Shown piece by piece: positions 47,356 to 56,963 of a stretch of DNA of 64,000 nt (its first letter is position 1; each line of letters starts with the position of its first letter). The stretch comes from Flavobacteriales bacterium. GTDB taxonomy: Bacteria > Bacteroidota > Bacteroidia > M30B66. A model generated the notes under the pieces. That model saw only the letters and a program-made list of their open reading frames with translations, did not search any database and was not told the DNA's origin. The translations under genes and the position numbers were made by a program. Where the stretch lies: contig JBKBKN010000001.1 of assembly GCA_046294625.1 (NCBI GenBank), positions 151,686 through 215,685 of the forward strand. Reading direction: 5' to 3'.

Positions 47356-49730
47356 CAGAAACTGAAATTGTAGGTTACACTGGGAATGATAGGGAACAGA
47401 GATACCATTTTGGCTTGAGCCTGAAGGCTTCCATCAACCGGATTGCCCGAAGTATCAATGTAAATAAAATAGGGGTTCAATCTGCTGTAAACATTGTAGA
47501 TGGAGAAATTCCAGCTCGATTTGAATTTTTGTGTTTCCTTAGAAATATAAGTTGCAGAGAAATCTAACCTATGGTAAGCCGGCATGCGGAAATTATTCCT
47601 TGCATCAAATTGTGCCACGAAATTGCCTTCGAAAAAATATTGCGATGTAGGAAGCCAGAGCAAATTACCACTGGAGTAAACAAATACGGCAGCAAGCGTC
47701 CATTTTTTATTTAATTCGTGGTTTGCCACCACACTGATATCATGTCGGCGGTCGTAACGTGCAAAAAAGCGTTCGCCATTATTCAATTCAGGGAACAGTC
47801 GGGTAGTGTATGATAAGGTGTAACCTACCCAACCAGTGGTTTTACCTAAGGTTTTTTTGAAGAACAGCTCAATACCATAGGCCTGACCTGAGCCAAAGGT
47901 GAGCGTATTGTCCAAATTGTTGTTTACTTGGTCCTGCTGAAGAGTTCCATCTTTAAATTCAACTTGATTTTCCAGTATTTTGTAATAAACTTCTGCAGAA
48001 GTCTCAAACATATTTTGTTTTAAGTTTCTGTAATAGCCCAATGAGTATTGCTGTCCGAATTGTGGCTCAACAATCGATGTACTTGGTATCCAAATATCAG
48101 TAGGAAGCGACACATTGGCAAATGATGTAAGGTGCAGGTACTGATAATTTTGGGTGTATGATGCTTTGATGGATGATTTTAAGTCGAGGCTGTAGCGCAG
48201 CATAAATCGTGGCTCCACGCGATTATATTGTGCAATCCGATCGCCTGGAGCATAAGTGATTTCATCGATGGTTTGACCTTGTTCATTTTGGATATATCGG
48301 GTAAAGGGACCCACATGAATAAAAGTTGAACCTCTTAGCCCGGCATGAATTCGTAGTTTATCTGTTACATCAAAATCATCGCCCACATAGATGGCTGCTT
48401 CATGAGCAAAAAGTCTTTCTTCTTCGCCCAGATCAAACTCAGTTCCAAGCAATTCAGCGCTGGCATTGTTTGGCGTGAAACGATGAAAAATATAGTTTGC
48501 TCCAAATTTTACTTGATGACGTACATTGGGGAAGTAACTGAAATCAACTTTTGCGTTGTAATCTCTGATGCCGGAGAACACGCCAAACCGAAAGGCTGAC
48601 TGTTCAATATCGGACTGAAATTTATAATCTGAAAATATCAGCGAAGTGTTGAGAAACAGCTTGTCGTTAAATAAGTGATTCCATCTTGCTGATGCAGTAG
48701 CATTGCCCCAAGGAATGCGAATATTAAACCCGGAGTCTGTGCTTTTGAAAGTAAATACATCGCGCCCAAAATAACCACTTAGAAAAATTCGGTCTTTGTC
48801 AGAAAGCCTATAATTGATTTTGGTATTCAGGTCATAAAAATAGTATCCTGAACCTCTGAAAGGAGAATCTCTACGCACAAATGGCTGTGCAATGGCATCG
48901 AGATAGGTTCGTCTTCCTGAAATAATAAAGGAACTGGTGTCTTTTTTGATCGGTCCTTGAACGGTAAGCCGTGATGCAACCAGACCGATACCACCATCCA
49001 CCTTGTATTCTCGATTATTCCCTTCTTTCATTTGAATATCGAGTACCGAAGCCAATCGACCACCGTATTGAGCCGGCATACCTCCTTTATGCACATCCAC
49101 ACCCTTAATGGCATCAGGATTGAACACCGAGAAAAAGCCAAAAAGATGCGCGGCATTATAAACGATAGCTTCGTCGAGCAAAATAAGATTTTGATCCGGA
49201 CCACCTCCACGCACATAAAATCCTGTATTACCTTCACCAGCCGATTTGATACCTGGGATAAGCTGTACCACCTTAATCACGTCCACTTCACCCATAAAGG
49301 CTGGTAATTTTTTCATTTCTTCCACATTGAGTTCTACTCTGCCCATATCGGTACTTTTCACATTTTTATCAATGCGTTCGTCGGTCACTTCAAATACTTT
49401 AGTTTCTATTACCCGTGGTTTAAGCGAAGCGTTAATTCTAAGATCCTTGTTTAGCTTGATATTCTGGCTGTATTCACTAAAGCCTAAGTAACTCACCATC
49501 AGTGTGTATTCTCCTTCCGGAATGGTCAGTGAATAAAATCCATAGGTATTAGTACCCACACCTTGCATGCTTTCCTTTACATAAACACTGGCTCCAATGA
49601 GAAATTCTCCGGTGGTTTCGTCTTTCACATATCCACTGATGGTGTATTTTTTAGTAGATTGAGCGCTTAGGCAATTGGCGTAAATGGAAAATACAAATAA
49701 AATGGAGAAAAAAAATGGTTTGATTTGCAT
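47355..49730 (-). CDS. TonB-dependent outer-membrane receptor with an N-terminal carboxypeptidase-regulatory-like domain
   Basis: Signal peptide. 'YTISGYVKDETTGEFLIGASVYV'. Plug-domain motifs. C-terminal beta-barrel ending '...YNFSF'. Confidence 0.9.
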   Translation of the reverse strand: MQIKPFFFSILFVFSIYANCLSAQSTKKYTISGYVKDETTGEFLIGASVYVKESMQGVGTNTYGFYSLTIPEGEYTLMVSYLGFSEYSQNIKLNKDLRINASLKPRVIETKVFEVTDERIDKNVKSTDMGRVELNVEEMKKLPAFMGEVDVIKVVQLIPGIKSAGEGNTGFYVRGGGPDQNLILLDEAIVYNAAHLFGFFSVFNPDAIKGVDVHKGGMPAQYGGRLASVLDIQMKEGNNREYKVDGGIGLVASRLTVQGPIKKDTSSFIISGRRTYLDAIAQPFVRRDSPFRGSGYYFYDLNTKINYRLSDKDRIFLSGYFGRDVFTFKSTDSGFNIRIPWGNATASARWNHLFNDKLFLNTSLIFSDYKFQSDIEQSAFRFGVFSGIRDYNAKVDFSYFPNVRHQVKFGANYIFHRFTPNNASAELLGTEFDLGEEERLFAHEAAIYVGDDFDVTDKLRIHAGLRGSTFIHVGPFTRYIQNEQGQTIDEITYAPGDRIAQYNRVEPRFMLRYSLDLKSSIKASYTQNYQYLHLTSFANVSLPTDIWIPSTSIVEPQFGQQYSLGYYRNLKQNMFETSAEVYYKILENQVEFKDGTLQQDQVNNNLDNTLTFGSGQAYGIELFFKKTLGKTTGWVGYTLSYTTRLFPELNNGERFFARYDRRHDISVVANHELNKKWTLAAVFVYSSGNLLWLPTSQYFFEGNFVAQFDARNNFRMPAYHRLDFSATYISKETQKFKSSWNFSIYNVYSRLNPYFIYIDTSGNPVDGSLQAQAKMVSLFPIIPSVTYNFSF

Positions 49731-49770
49731 GAAATGATATTGCGGTCAAAAGTAGGATTTTAATTCGAGT

Positions 49771-50130
49771 TTAATATTGTCCTGTTGTTAACAATACCAA
49801 TGTGCAAGCATTTAGTGTTTTTATGCCATTCGCAGCGAGTTCGACTTCGAATTCTTCATTTTCGGCACCAGGGTTAAATATCACCCTTTTGGGATGAAGT
49901 TCCATGATATATTGCTTAACGCCTTCCTGATTTTTGGCACTCAGATAGACTGTAACCGTATCAAGATCTTTAATTAGGTCTTGGGTATTTTTAATTTCTA
50001 CACCATGTGTTTCGCCACGTTTACTGCCATATGCATAGGTTTCAATTGATCGGTTCTTGAGCATTTTAATAGCTATATTAGAATGTCGGTCGGGCTTTTG
50101 GCTTGCACCAATTACAAGGGTTTTGGACAT
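49771..50130 (-). CDS. CoA-binding domain protein
   Basis: 'MSKTLVIGASQKPDRHSNIAIKMLKN...VEIKNTQDLIKDLDTVTVYL' resembles the CoA_binding_2 family. Confidence 0.6.
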   Translation of the reverse strand: MSKTLVIGASQKPDRHSNIAIKMLKNRSIETYAYGSKRGETHGVEIKNTQDLIKDLDTVTVYLSAKNQEGVKQYIMELHPKRVIFNPGAENEEFEVELAANGIKTLNACTLVLLTTGQY

Positions 50131-50246
50131 GATAGCGTTTTTTAAAAATTGTAACAATAAAACAAAATTTTAGTTTTGAAACGGTTGATTTTACTGTTAA
50201 TAAACTTGCTCATATCTTTGATAAATCCAAAACATGCTTAACGCTG

Positions 50247-51566
50247 TTGAATATACATTTGATACATCAAAATTCAATGAAGATGAATCGCGAAACTACG
50301 ACAGTTGCAAAAACTAAACATGAACAAATCTTAGACACAGTAAATGAGGTTGCAGACATTTCGGCTAATCTGGGTATTGCACATATTACTATTGAAGATG
50401 AGATTTTAAACGGGCGAACAATACGTATTCAGAGCCAAGACATTTTTAATTTTGGTTCTTGCAGTTATCTTGGATTAGAACGGCATCCTAAAATTATAGA
50501 AGGAGTTAAAGATGCTGTAGAGCGTTATGGTAGCCAATTTTCTTCGTCAAGATCCTATTCAACTGTTACCCTTTATCGTGAAGCGGAAGAGCTTCTTGAA
50601 AAAATGTTCGACAAACCGGCGCTTTTAGCTCCCACAGTAACACTCGGGCATTTATCTAATATTCCCGTATTGGTAGGCGACCGTGATGCGGTAATTCTTG
50701 ACTTGCAAGTGCACAACTGTGTGCAAACAGCATGTCAATTGCTGAAGGTTAGAGGTGTGCATGTGGAACTGATTCGGCACAATAACATGCAAATGCTCGA
50801 AGATCGCATCAATGAGCTGAAAGAAAAGCATGAGAAAGTTTGGTACATGGCCGATGGCGTTTATTCGATGTATGGAGATTTTCTTCCAATTAATCGTCTT
50901 TATGAGCTTCTCGACACCTATGAGCAATTTCATCTTTATGTGGACGATGCGCATGGAACAGGTTGGTGTGGACCCAATGGAAGCGGATATGTGTTGAGTC
51001 AGAAGCCTTTTCATGAAAGGCTTTATCTGGTTGCCGGTTTAGCAAAAAGTTTTGCAGCCTGTGGAGGTGTTTTGGTCTTCCCTGATGAAAAAGCAAAAAG
51101 AAAGGTTAGAAATTGCGGCGGAACCATGATATTTTCCGGACCAGTGCAACCACCAATGTTGGGGGCAATTATAGCATCCGCAAAGCTACATTTAAGCAAG
51201 GAAATCAACGTTTACCAACAGGAATTGCAAAAAAGAATGGAGTATTTTATTGATGTGTGCAAACAATTCGACTTGCCACTCATAGAAGAAAGTTATTCGC
51301 CGATATTTTTTATTGGCGTTGGCAAGCCCGGTGTTGGATTCAATATGGTTCGACGGATTTTAAATCATGGCTATTTCATAAATATTTCGGTTTATCCAAG
51401 TGTTCCTTACAAAAATACCGGCTTAAGAATTCCAATTACAGTTAATAATACATTTGAAGATATTTATGGCTTGCTTACAGTTATCAAAGAGCAACTGCCA
51501 TTAGCATTGAAAGACAATGATTCAAGCATGCAGGATATTTACAAGGCCTTCAAAATGAATCGTTAA
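50247..51566 (+). CDS. Alpha-oxoamine synthase family PLP enzyme (serine palmitoyltransferase / 8-amino-7-oxononanoate synthase-like)
   Basis: 'FGSCSYLGLERHP', 'DDAHGTGWCGPNGSG', and the PLP-lysine context 'VAGLAKSFAACGGVL'. Confidence 0.8.
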   Translation: MNIHLIHQNSMKMNRETTTVAKTKHEQILDTVNEVADISANLGIAHITIEDEILNGRTIRIQSQDIFNFGSCSYLGLERHPKIIEGVKDAVERYGSQFSSSRSYSTVTLYREAEELLEKMFDKPALLAPTVTLGHLSNIPVLVGDRDAVILDLQVHNCVQTACQLLKVRGVHVELIRHNNMQMLEDRINELKEKHEKVWYMADGVYSMYGDFLPINRLYELLDTYEQFHLYVDDAHGTGWCGPNGSGYVLSQKPFHERLYLVAGLAKSFAACGGVLVFPDEKAKRKVRNCGGTMIFSGPVQPPMLGAIIASAKLHLSKEINVYQQELQKRMEYFIDVCKQFDLPLIEESYSPIFFIGVGKPGVGFNMVRRILNHGYFINISVYPSVPYKNTGLRIPITVNNTFEDIYGLLTVIKEQLPLALKDNDSSMQDIYKAFKMNR

Positions 51567-51667
51567 GATTTAAGAGTCCATGTAAGAATCATGTGAATAT
51601 TGTTGCGTATGATTTGCCGTTCAATGTAACATCGCCTTTTAATTAAAGTAAAAAAGAGCAGAAGTTA

Positions 51668-53449
51668 ATGGCAAAGGAATTGAAAGCAACCCTACTCAAT
51701 TATTTTACTCTCAAAAGCGTACTCAACAGCTTCGATAAGGAAGATGTGGCGGGACGAAACCGTTTTCTGCTCTTTCAAGTTTACACTCTTGCTTCATTTA
51801 TAATTAGCACTTTCCTAATCACCCAAGTGCTGATTACTTTTCATGAACTGGATATTGTATCCGGTTCCATCATTATTTTAAACATTGTTTTAATAACAAA
51901 TTACATTTCACTGCTCAAGCATGGCAATATCAAGCTAGCCTATGCTGTGATTATTTCCAGTTCCTTTTTAGTTCTCCATGCGGTAACCTATTATTCAGGG
52001 GGCATCAGAAACTCGGGATTTATCTTTATGGGTGGTTTCATTTTGGCCACTTTTATGCTTTTGGGCAATCGCGCAGGAAAAATCTTTTCTCTGATTGCAA
52101 TTCTTAATGTCATATATTTCTACGTGCTCACCGATATGGGCATCGTAGATTATAAGCCCATTATAATCCAGAATACCCCTCATGACTTGAATCTGGATTA
52201 TTTCATTTCATTTCTAACCGGTACATTTTTGCTCTTCGCATTAAGTAATTACATAGAAAACGATAAAAACATTATCATCACTAAAATCAGTGAATCGCGT
52301 GATGAGTTGCAGAAGAAAAACATTGAACTGGAACGTCTCTCACTCGTAGCCAGTAAAACTGATAATGCTGTAATCATTACAGACGCTAATGGAATAATTG
52401 AGTGGGTTAACGACGCCTATTCTAAGATAATGGGCTTTGGTTTTGAGGAGGCTCAAGGAACAAACTATTTCGAATTGCTGCACACCGCAAGTCAGCATCA
52501 GGAAGAGATTCATAATCTTGTAGATCACATAAATAAAAGAAAAAGTTATGCAGGCGAGATAAGTTTGCCGCGCAAACAAGGGGAAAATATTTGGTTGTCT
52601 ATACAAATGACCCCGGTAAACACTTCTGCTGATCAGTTGCAATATGTATTTGTAGAAAATGATATTTCAGAGCGAAAAGAGTCGGAAGAGCGCTTGGCAG
52701 ATTATTACCGTTCGCTCGAAAAGGCAAATAAAGAGTTAGACAAGTTCGCCTATGTGGTTTCGCACGACCTCAAAGCGCCGCTACGGGCAATAAGCAACCT
52801 GAGCACATGGATTGAAGAAGATATGGGTGGCCAGCTCACTGAGGACTCCAGACAGCACTTCAACATGATTAAAGGCAGGGTGATGCGCCTTGAAGCATTA
52901 ATTAATGGGATACTTGAATATTCTCGAGCCGATAGAGTAAAAGGCACTGAATCATTGACTAATGTGAATCAACTGATTGATGATGTTTATGAAATGCTGG
53001 TACTCGATCAGAAGGTTGACTTGACCGTTGACAATGCCTTGCCTGAATTCATCACTGATAAGTTAAAGCTTCATCAAGTGTTCTCCAACTTAATTAGTAA
53101 TGCCATCAAACATTGCGATAAGGAGGTGATCAAAATCAATTTGGGTTGCAAAGAGTTTAAAGATTATTATCAGTTTTATGTGGCAGACAATGGCCCTGGC
53201 ATAGAACCGCAGTTTTATGAGAAGATATTTGTGATATTCCAAACCTTGCTTGCAAGAGATGTGATGGAAAGCACAGGTGTTGGTTTAGCGATTGTGAAGA
53301 AGATCATTGATGAGCGTGGTGGTAAAATTTGGGTTGAATCTGAAATTGGAGTAGGAACGAAATTTATTTTCGAATGGCCCAAAAAAGCGAGGCAAAGCCT
53401 GAAGAATGGTGAAGAGTTTATGCCAAGAATTCCGGAGCAGGCTATGTAA
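51668..53449 (+). CDS. Membrane sensor histidine kinase with a PAS domain
   Basis: About six N-terminal TM helices. PAS segment 'AVIITDANGIIEWVNDAYSKIMGF'. H-box 'FAYVVSHDLKAPLRAI'. 'GVGLAIVKKII' G-box. Confidence 0.85.
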   Translation: MAKELKATLLNYFTLKSVLNSFDKEDVAGRNRFLLFQVYTLASFIISTFLITQVLITFHELDIVSGSIIILNIVLITNYISLLKHGNIKLAYAVIISSSFLVLHAVTYYSGGIRNSGFIFMGGFILATFMLLGNRAGKIFSLIAILNVIYFYVLTDMGIVDYKPIIIQNTPHDLNLDYFISFLTGTFLLFALSNYIENDKNIIITKISESRDELQKKNIELERLSLVASKTDNAVIITDANGIIEWVNDAYSKIMGFGFEEAQGTNYFELLHTASQHQEEIHNLVDHINKRKSYAGEISLPRKQGENIWLSIQMTPVNTSADQLQYVFVENDISERKESEERLADYYRSLEKANKELDKFAYVVSHDLKAPLRAISNLSTWIEEDMGGQLTEDSRQHFNMIKGRVMRLEALINGILEYSRADRVKGTESLTNVNQLIDDVYEMLVLDQKVDLTVDNALPEFITDKLKLHQVFSNLISNAIKHCDKEVIKINLGCKEFKDYYQFYVADNGPGIEPQFYEKIFVIFQTLLARDVMESTGVGLAIVKKIIDERGGKIWVESEIGVGTKFIFEWPKKARQSLKNGEEFMPRIPEQAM

Positions 53450-53501
53450 GTTTTATTTAGATTTTGAAGTAAACAAAAAAATATATCTTTGTTAAGCAAT
53501 T

Positions 53502-53720
53502 ATGAAGCTCAATCGAAATAGTAAGATTCGGATTCGCATCAGTCGGCTTGTCGAAAATACTGATATTAAAGTACTTAGTAGCCTTAATAAAGCATTGGCT
53601 GAAACGGATGCCGCCCTTCCGACGATTGAAAATACTGATCTTACGTTTGAGCAAAAGGAATATTTGCTTATGCTCAACAAGAGGATTGAAGAGTTGAGAT
53701 TTATAATGAATGAATCGTAA
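53502..53720 (+). CDS. Small hypothetical protein (72 aa), predicted helical
   Basis: ORF followed by a strong hairpin terminator. No homology recognised. Confidence 0.3.
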   Translation: MKLNRNSKIRIRISRLVENTDIKVLSSLNKALAETDAALPTIENTDLTFEQKEYLLMLNKRIEELRFIMNES

Positions 53721-53734
53721 ATAAAGAAATACGA

Positions 53735-53763
53735 GAACGGGCGCTTAAAACAAGCGCCCGTTC
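53735..53763. terminator. GC-rich hairpin GAACGGGCGC-ttaaaacaa-GCGCCCGTTC flanked by T-runs on both strands. Bidirectional intrinsic terminator between convergent genes.
   Basis: Perfect 10-bp inverted repeat. 'CTGTTTTAT' follows on the plus strand; 'TCGTATTTCTTTATTT' follows on the minus strand. Confidence 0.6.
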
Positions 53764-53768
53764 CTGTT

Positions 53769-54689
53769 TTATCTGCTTCCTGCTTCAATAAATTCGCTAA
53801 TTTGCTCTTCCGAACTGCTAAATGTGAAGGCTTCGTTCACTTGAAAATAATTACCAAGATCATAGGTTCTGGAATAAGCAAATTTTGCAAAATCGAGTTT
53901 GCTTTCTTCAAAACTCATAAGTTTTATTAACTCTTTTACTTGCTCAGTAGTTATGCAATTCACTCTAACGATTTGTTTGGCCGTGTTCAATTTGTCATCT
54001 TCAAAACTTGATTTCTTAATGCTGTTTTTAGCCGCATTGAAGTCGTTGTTTTTCATTGGCCATGGACAACCGATTGGGCCGCTATACCCCGGCATAACAT
54101 AATGATCGTGTTGTGCGATTGTTGTGGAAGTTTGCGTAATTGTAACTGTTGTAGTTTGCTCCGTAATGATTAAATCAGGAGCCGAAACACTCATATTAAT
54201 GTAGACAGAACCATCCGGATCATTCACTTGCATATCTACGGAAGTGGTCATGGTGTTGGTACTATTCACTACACTTGTGCTTTGATTGGTTTGCTGTGTG
54301 TTGTTCTGTTGAATTTGCTGATTTCTGCTTTCTTGTGAACCAGTTTGTGTCTCATTATTTTGCACATAGCCTGATAAATTTACATCCGATACCCACCTGA
54401 TTACATATATTTCTATATCGGGGTTGGTTGTGGTGTCGCGATTGCTTATATTTAAGTCACGAGCCACTTGATTTACCATCTTTTTCAGTGTGGTTCCTAG
54501 CATGGTCTTTTTTTTAGCCCTTATATTAAAGGTTTTTTCCAAAGCAGGATCTAGTGTAATTGTTGTGGTTGCTTGTCCAACCGATTCGTCTTCCAAAATT
54601 GCTTTTACTTTGTAACCACCCGTCGGAAGGTCTGTAATTCTAATATTTGTAGCCGGTTCAGCATTATATCGTAAACCATTCATAATCAA
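53769..54689 (-). CDS. DUF4476-like protein. The ORF as annotated lacks a signal peptide, and an in-frame signal-peptide coding segment lies upstream beyond a TGA codon.
   Basis: C-terminal duplicated module 'FEDDKLNTAKQIVRVN.ITTEQVKELIKLMSFEESKLDFAKFAYSRTYDLGNYFQVNEAF'. Upstream in the same frame, GTG at 54803 encodes 'MKSLSTLFTAFVLGALS', then TGA at 54750-54752. Confidence 0.55.
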   Translation of the reverse strand: MIMNGLRYNAEPATNIRITDLPTGGYKVKAILEDESVGQATTTITLDPALEKTFNIRAKKKTMLGTTLKKMVNQVARDLNISNRDTTTNPDIEIYVIRWVSDVNLSGYVQNNETQTGSQESRNQQIQQNNTQQTNQSTSVVNSTNTMTTSVDMQVNDPDGSVYINMSVSAPDLIITEQTTTVTITQTSTTIAQHDHYVMPGYSGPIGCPWPMKNNDFNAAKNSIKKSSFEDDKLNTAKQIVRVNCITTEQVKELIKLMSFEESKLDFAKFAYSRTYDLGNYFQVNEAFTFSSSEEQISEFIEAGSR

Positions 54690-54947
54690 TATAAATCGTT
54701 CGCCATTTTTTGAAAAGAAGGTTAGGTTTGAAGGAGGAAACTGTGCGAATCATGAAAGTGCACCTAGAACAAAGGCAGTGAATAGAGTAGATAAGCTTTT
54801 CACGATCGATTATTAAATATTGATGATGTAGCCTTTTCAACGGCTGTGCCAAATAACCTGATAATTCAAAAGTAAGCTTGAAAAGTGATGCAAGCTATGA
54901 AATCACATTTATTATATTGAATTAACTGTAGCTGCAATAGATAGCCG

Positions 54948-55988
54948 CTATTGGTGTTTCCAATCGTATAAATGAAGTTCATTTAGGCAGGCTACTAAAA
55001 GCCCAACGGAAGCATCCACATCTGATTTATCCACCATCTCAATCACCTGGTGAATGTGTCTGGTTGGGATAGAAACCGCCCCTGCAATTGAACCCCCTGC
55101 TGTCATTTTCTGAAGCCCTGAAGTATCAGTTCCCCCTGCAACTAGAATCTCAGGCTGCCATTTAATTTGATGTTTTTCGGCAGTCTTTTTCATGTAATCA
55201 ACCATTCGGTAATCGCAGATCACCGATGCGTCCATGATTTTAATCGCAGTTCCTTTTCCTAAACGTGTCACCTGTTCATGCGCCTTTGAGCCCGGAACAT
55301 CATAAGCAATGGTGGTGTCTAAACCAAAACCAAAATCAGGATTGATTTTAAGCGTGGCAGCTTGCGCACCCCTTATGCCTACTTCTTCTTGCACGGTGAA
55401 TACAGCATACACGTCGTAAGGTGGGTTATTTAATTGTTTTAAGGCTTCAATGAGAATGTAGACTGATACCCTGTTGTCTAGTGATTTGCAATTCACACAA
55501 TTGCCCATTTCAATCAACTTACGCTCTCTTGTAACCACATCGCCTATTTTGACTTTATCCTTTACAATTTCACCTGAAAGTCCCAGATCAATAAAGAAAT
55601 CGGTCAATTTCGGAGCTTTTTCCCGCTCTTCAGGGGTCATAAGATGAATGGGTTTTGAGCCCATTACACCTATCAAATCTTCTTTACCATGCACAATCAC
55701 GCGTTGCGCAGTTAGTGTTTTTGGGTCGAAGCCACCAAGGCTGGTGAATCTCAAAAAACCTTCATCATCGATATGTGTAACCATAAAGGCAATTTCATCC
55801 ATATGGGCAGCCACCATAGCTTTTTTATTTTCTTTTCCTTTTTTAAGCGCTACGATATTGCCCATGTTATCTATTTCTATTTGATCAGCATGGCCTTCAA
55901 TCTCCTTAAGAATCAGGTTTCTTATTTTTGATTCATAACCGGGTGCTCCCGAGGTTTCGCATATAGCCGATAGCAATTTTACATCCAT
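54948..55988 (-). CDS. M42 family aminopeptidase (FrvX / glutamyl aminopeptidase-like)
   Basis: 'MVAAHMDEIAFMVTHID', 'SLDNRVSVYILIEA', 'FTVQEEVGIRGA' and 'GGTDTSG'. Confidence 0.9.
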   Translation of the reverse strand: MDVKLLSAICETSGAPGYESKIRNLILKEIEGHADQIEIDNMGNIVALKKGKENKKAMVAAHMDEIAFMVTHIDDEGFLRFTSLGGFDPKTLTAQRVIVHGKEDLIGVMGSKPIHLMTPEEREKAPKLTDFFIDLGLSGEIVKDKVKIGDVVTRERKLIEMGNCVNCKSLDNRVSVYILIEALKQLNNPPYDVYAVFTVQEEVGIRGAQAATLKINPDFGFGLDTTIAYDVPGSKAHEQVTRLGKGTAIKIMDASVICDYRMVDYMKKTAEKHQIKWQPEILVAGGTDTSGLQKMTAGGSIAGAVSIPTRHIHQVIEMVDKSDVDASVGLLVACLNELHLYDWKHQ

Positions 55989-56279
55989 GATGCCTAGACT
56001 TTATATTTTGATTACACAATGTGCAAAGCTATAAATTATGAGTCTAAGGGGGCATTTAATTTTGATTTGCATTTAATAATTTATCGAACTGAAGTCAATG
56101 AAAGATATGTGAACTTTGTTTTCCTGGCTCTTATAGCCTAATGAGGGGATATTGGCGAACCTAGAGCTGTTAAAAAGCCATCTCCTTAAGTATTGCCAGT
56201 TCTAAAAATTTAATTAATATTTGGTTAACATTTGTGCTTGAAAGTCTGCCTACTTTCGTAGCCGAAAAAATGTCTGATC

Positions 56280-56963
56280 ATGAGCAAAGACAATAATAAA
56301 ATCCTTCTTGTTGACGATGAACAGGACATACTTGAATTCATTAGTTACAATTTGCAAAAAGAAGGTTTTGAGGTTTTTTCGAGTTCCAATGGCCGAGAAG
56401 CCATAAAAATTGCACAAAGAGAAAAGCCACATCTCATTATTCTTGATGTCATGATGCCAGATTTGGACGGGATTGAGACCTGTAGAGTGATAAGAGAGAC
56501 ACCGGAATTAAAAAATACGTTGATTGCCTTTCTCACAGCAAGAAGTGAAGATTATTCGCAAATAGCAGGGTTTGATGCAGGTGCAGATGACTACATCAAT
56601 AAACCGATTAAACCTAGGGTGCTGGTAAGCCGCGTGAAGGCGCTATTGAGAAGAAGTGCGACCATAGAAGATAGCAGTAATATTCTCCAGATCAATGGAT
56701 TTATTATCGATAGAGAAAAATATTTGATTGTAAAAGACAATATTGAAATACATCTGCCCAAAAAAGAATTTGAACTGATCGCTTTGCTGGCATCCAAACC
56801 GGGAAAAGTTTTCACACGAGAAGATATTTTAAAATCAGTTTGGGGCGATGATGTAGTGGTAGGGGACAGAACGATTGACGTACATATTCGGAAACTGCGC
56901 GAAAAAGTAGGAGAAAAATATATTCGCACTATAAAAGGTGTAGGATATAAGTTTGAGTTTTAA
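56280..56963 (+). CDS. OmpR-family two-component response regulator
   Basis: Receiver 'ILLVDDEQDILEF...LIILDVMMPDLDG'. Winged-helix 'TIDVHIRKLREKVG...IRTIKGVGYKF'. Confidence 0.9.
   Translation: MSKDNNKILLVDDEQDILEFISYNLQKEGFEVFSSSNGREAIKIAQREKPHLIILDVMMPDLDGIETCRVIRETPELKNTLIAFLTARSEDYSQIAGFDAGADDYINKPIKPRVLVSRVKALLRRSATIEDSSNILQINGFIIDREKYLIVKDNIEIHLPKKEFELIALLASKPGKVFTREDILKSVWGDDVVVGDRTIDVHIRKLREKVGEKYIRTIKGVGYKFEF

Noticed and set aside
54690-54947. 258-bp gap between the DUF4476 and M42 genes examined for an ncRNA.
   Set aside because: Most of it is accounted for by the in-frame signal-peptide segment of the DUF4476 gene and its promoter. No structured-RNA signature was seen.
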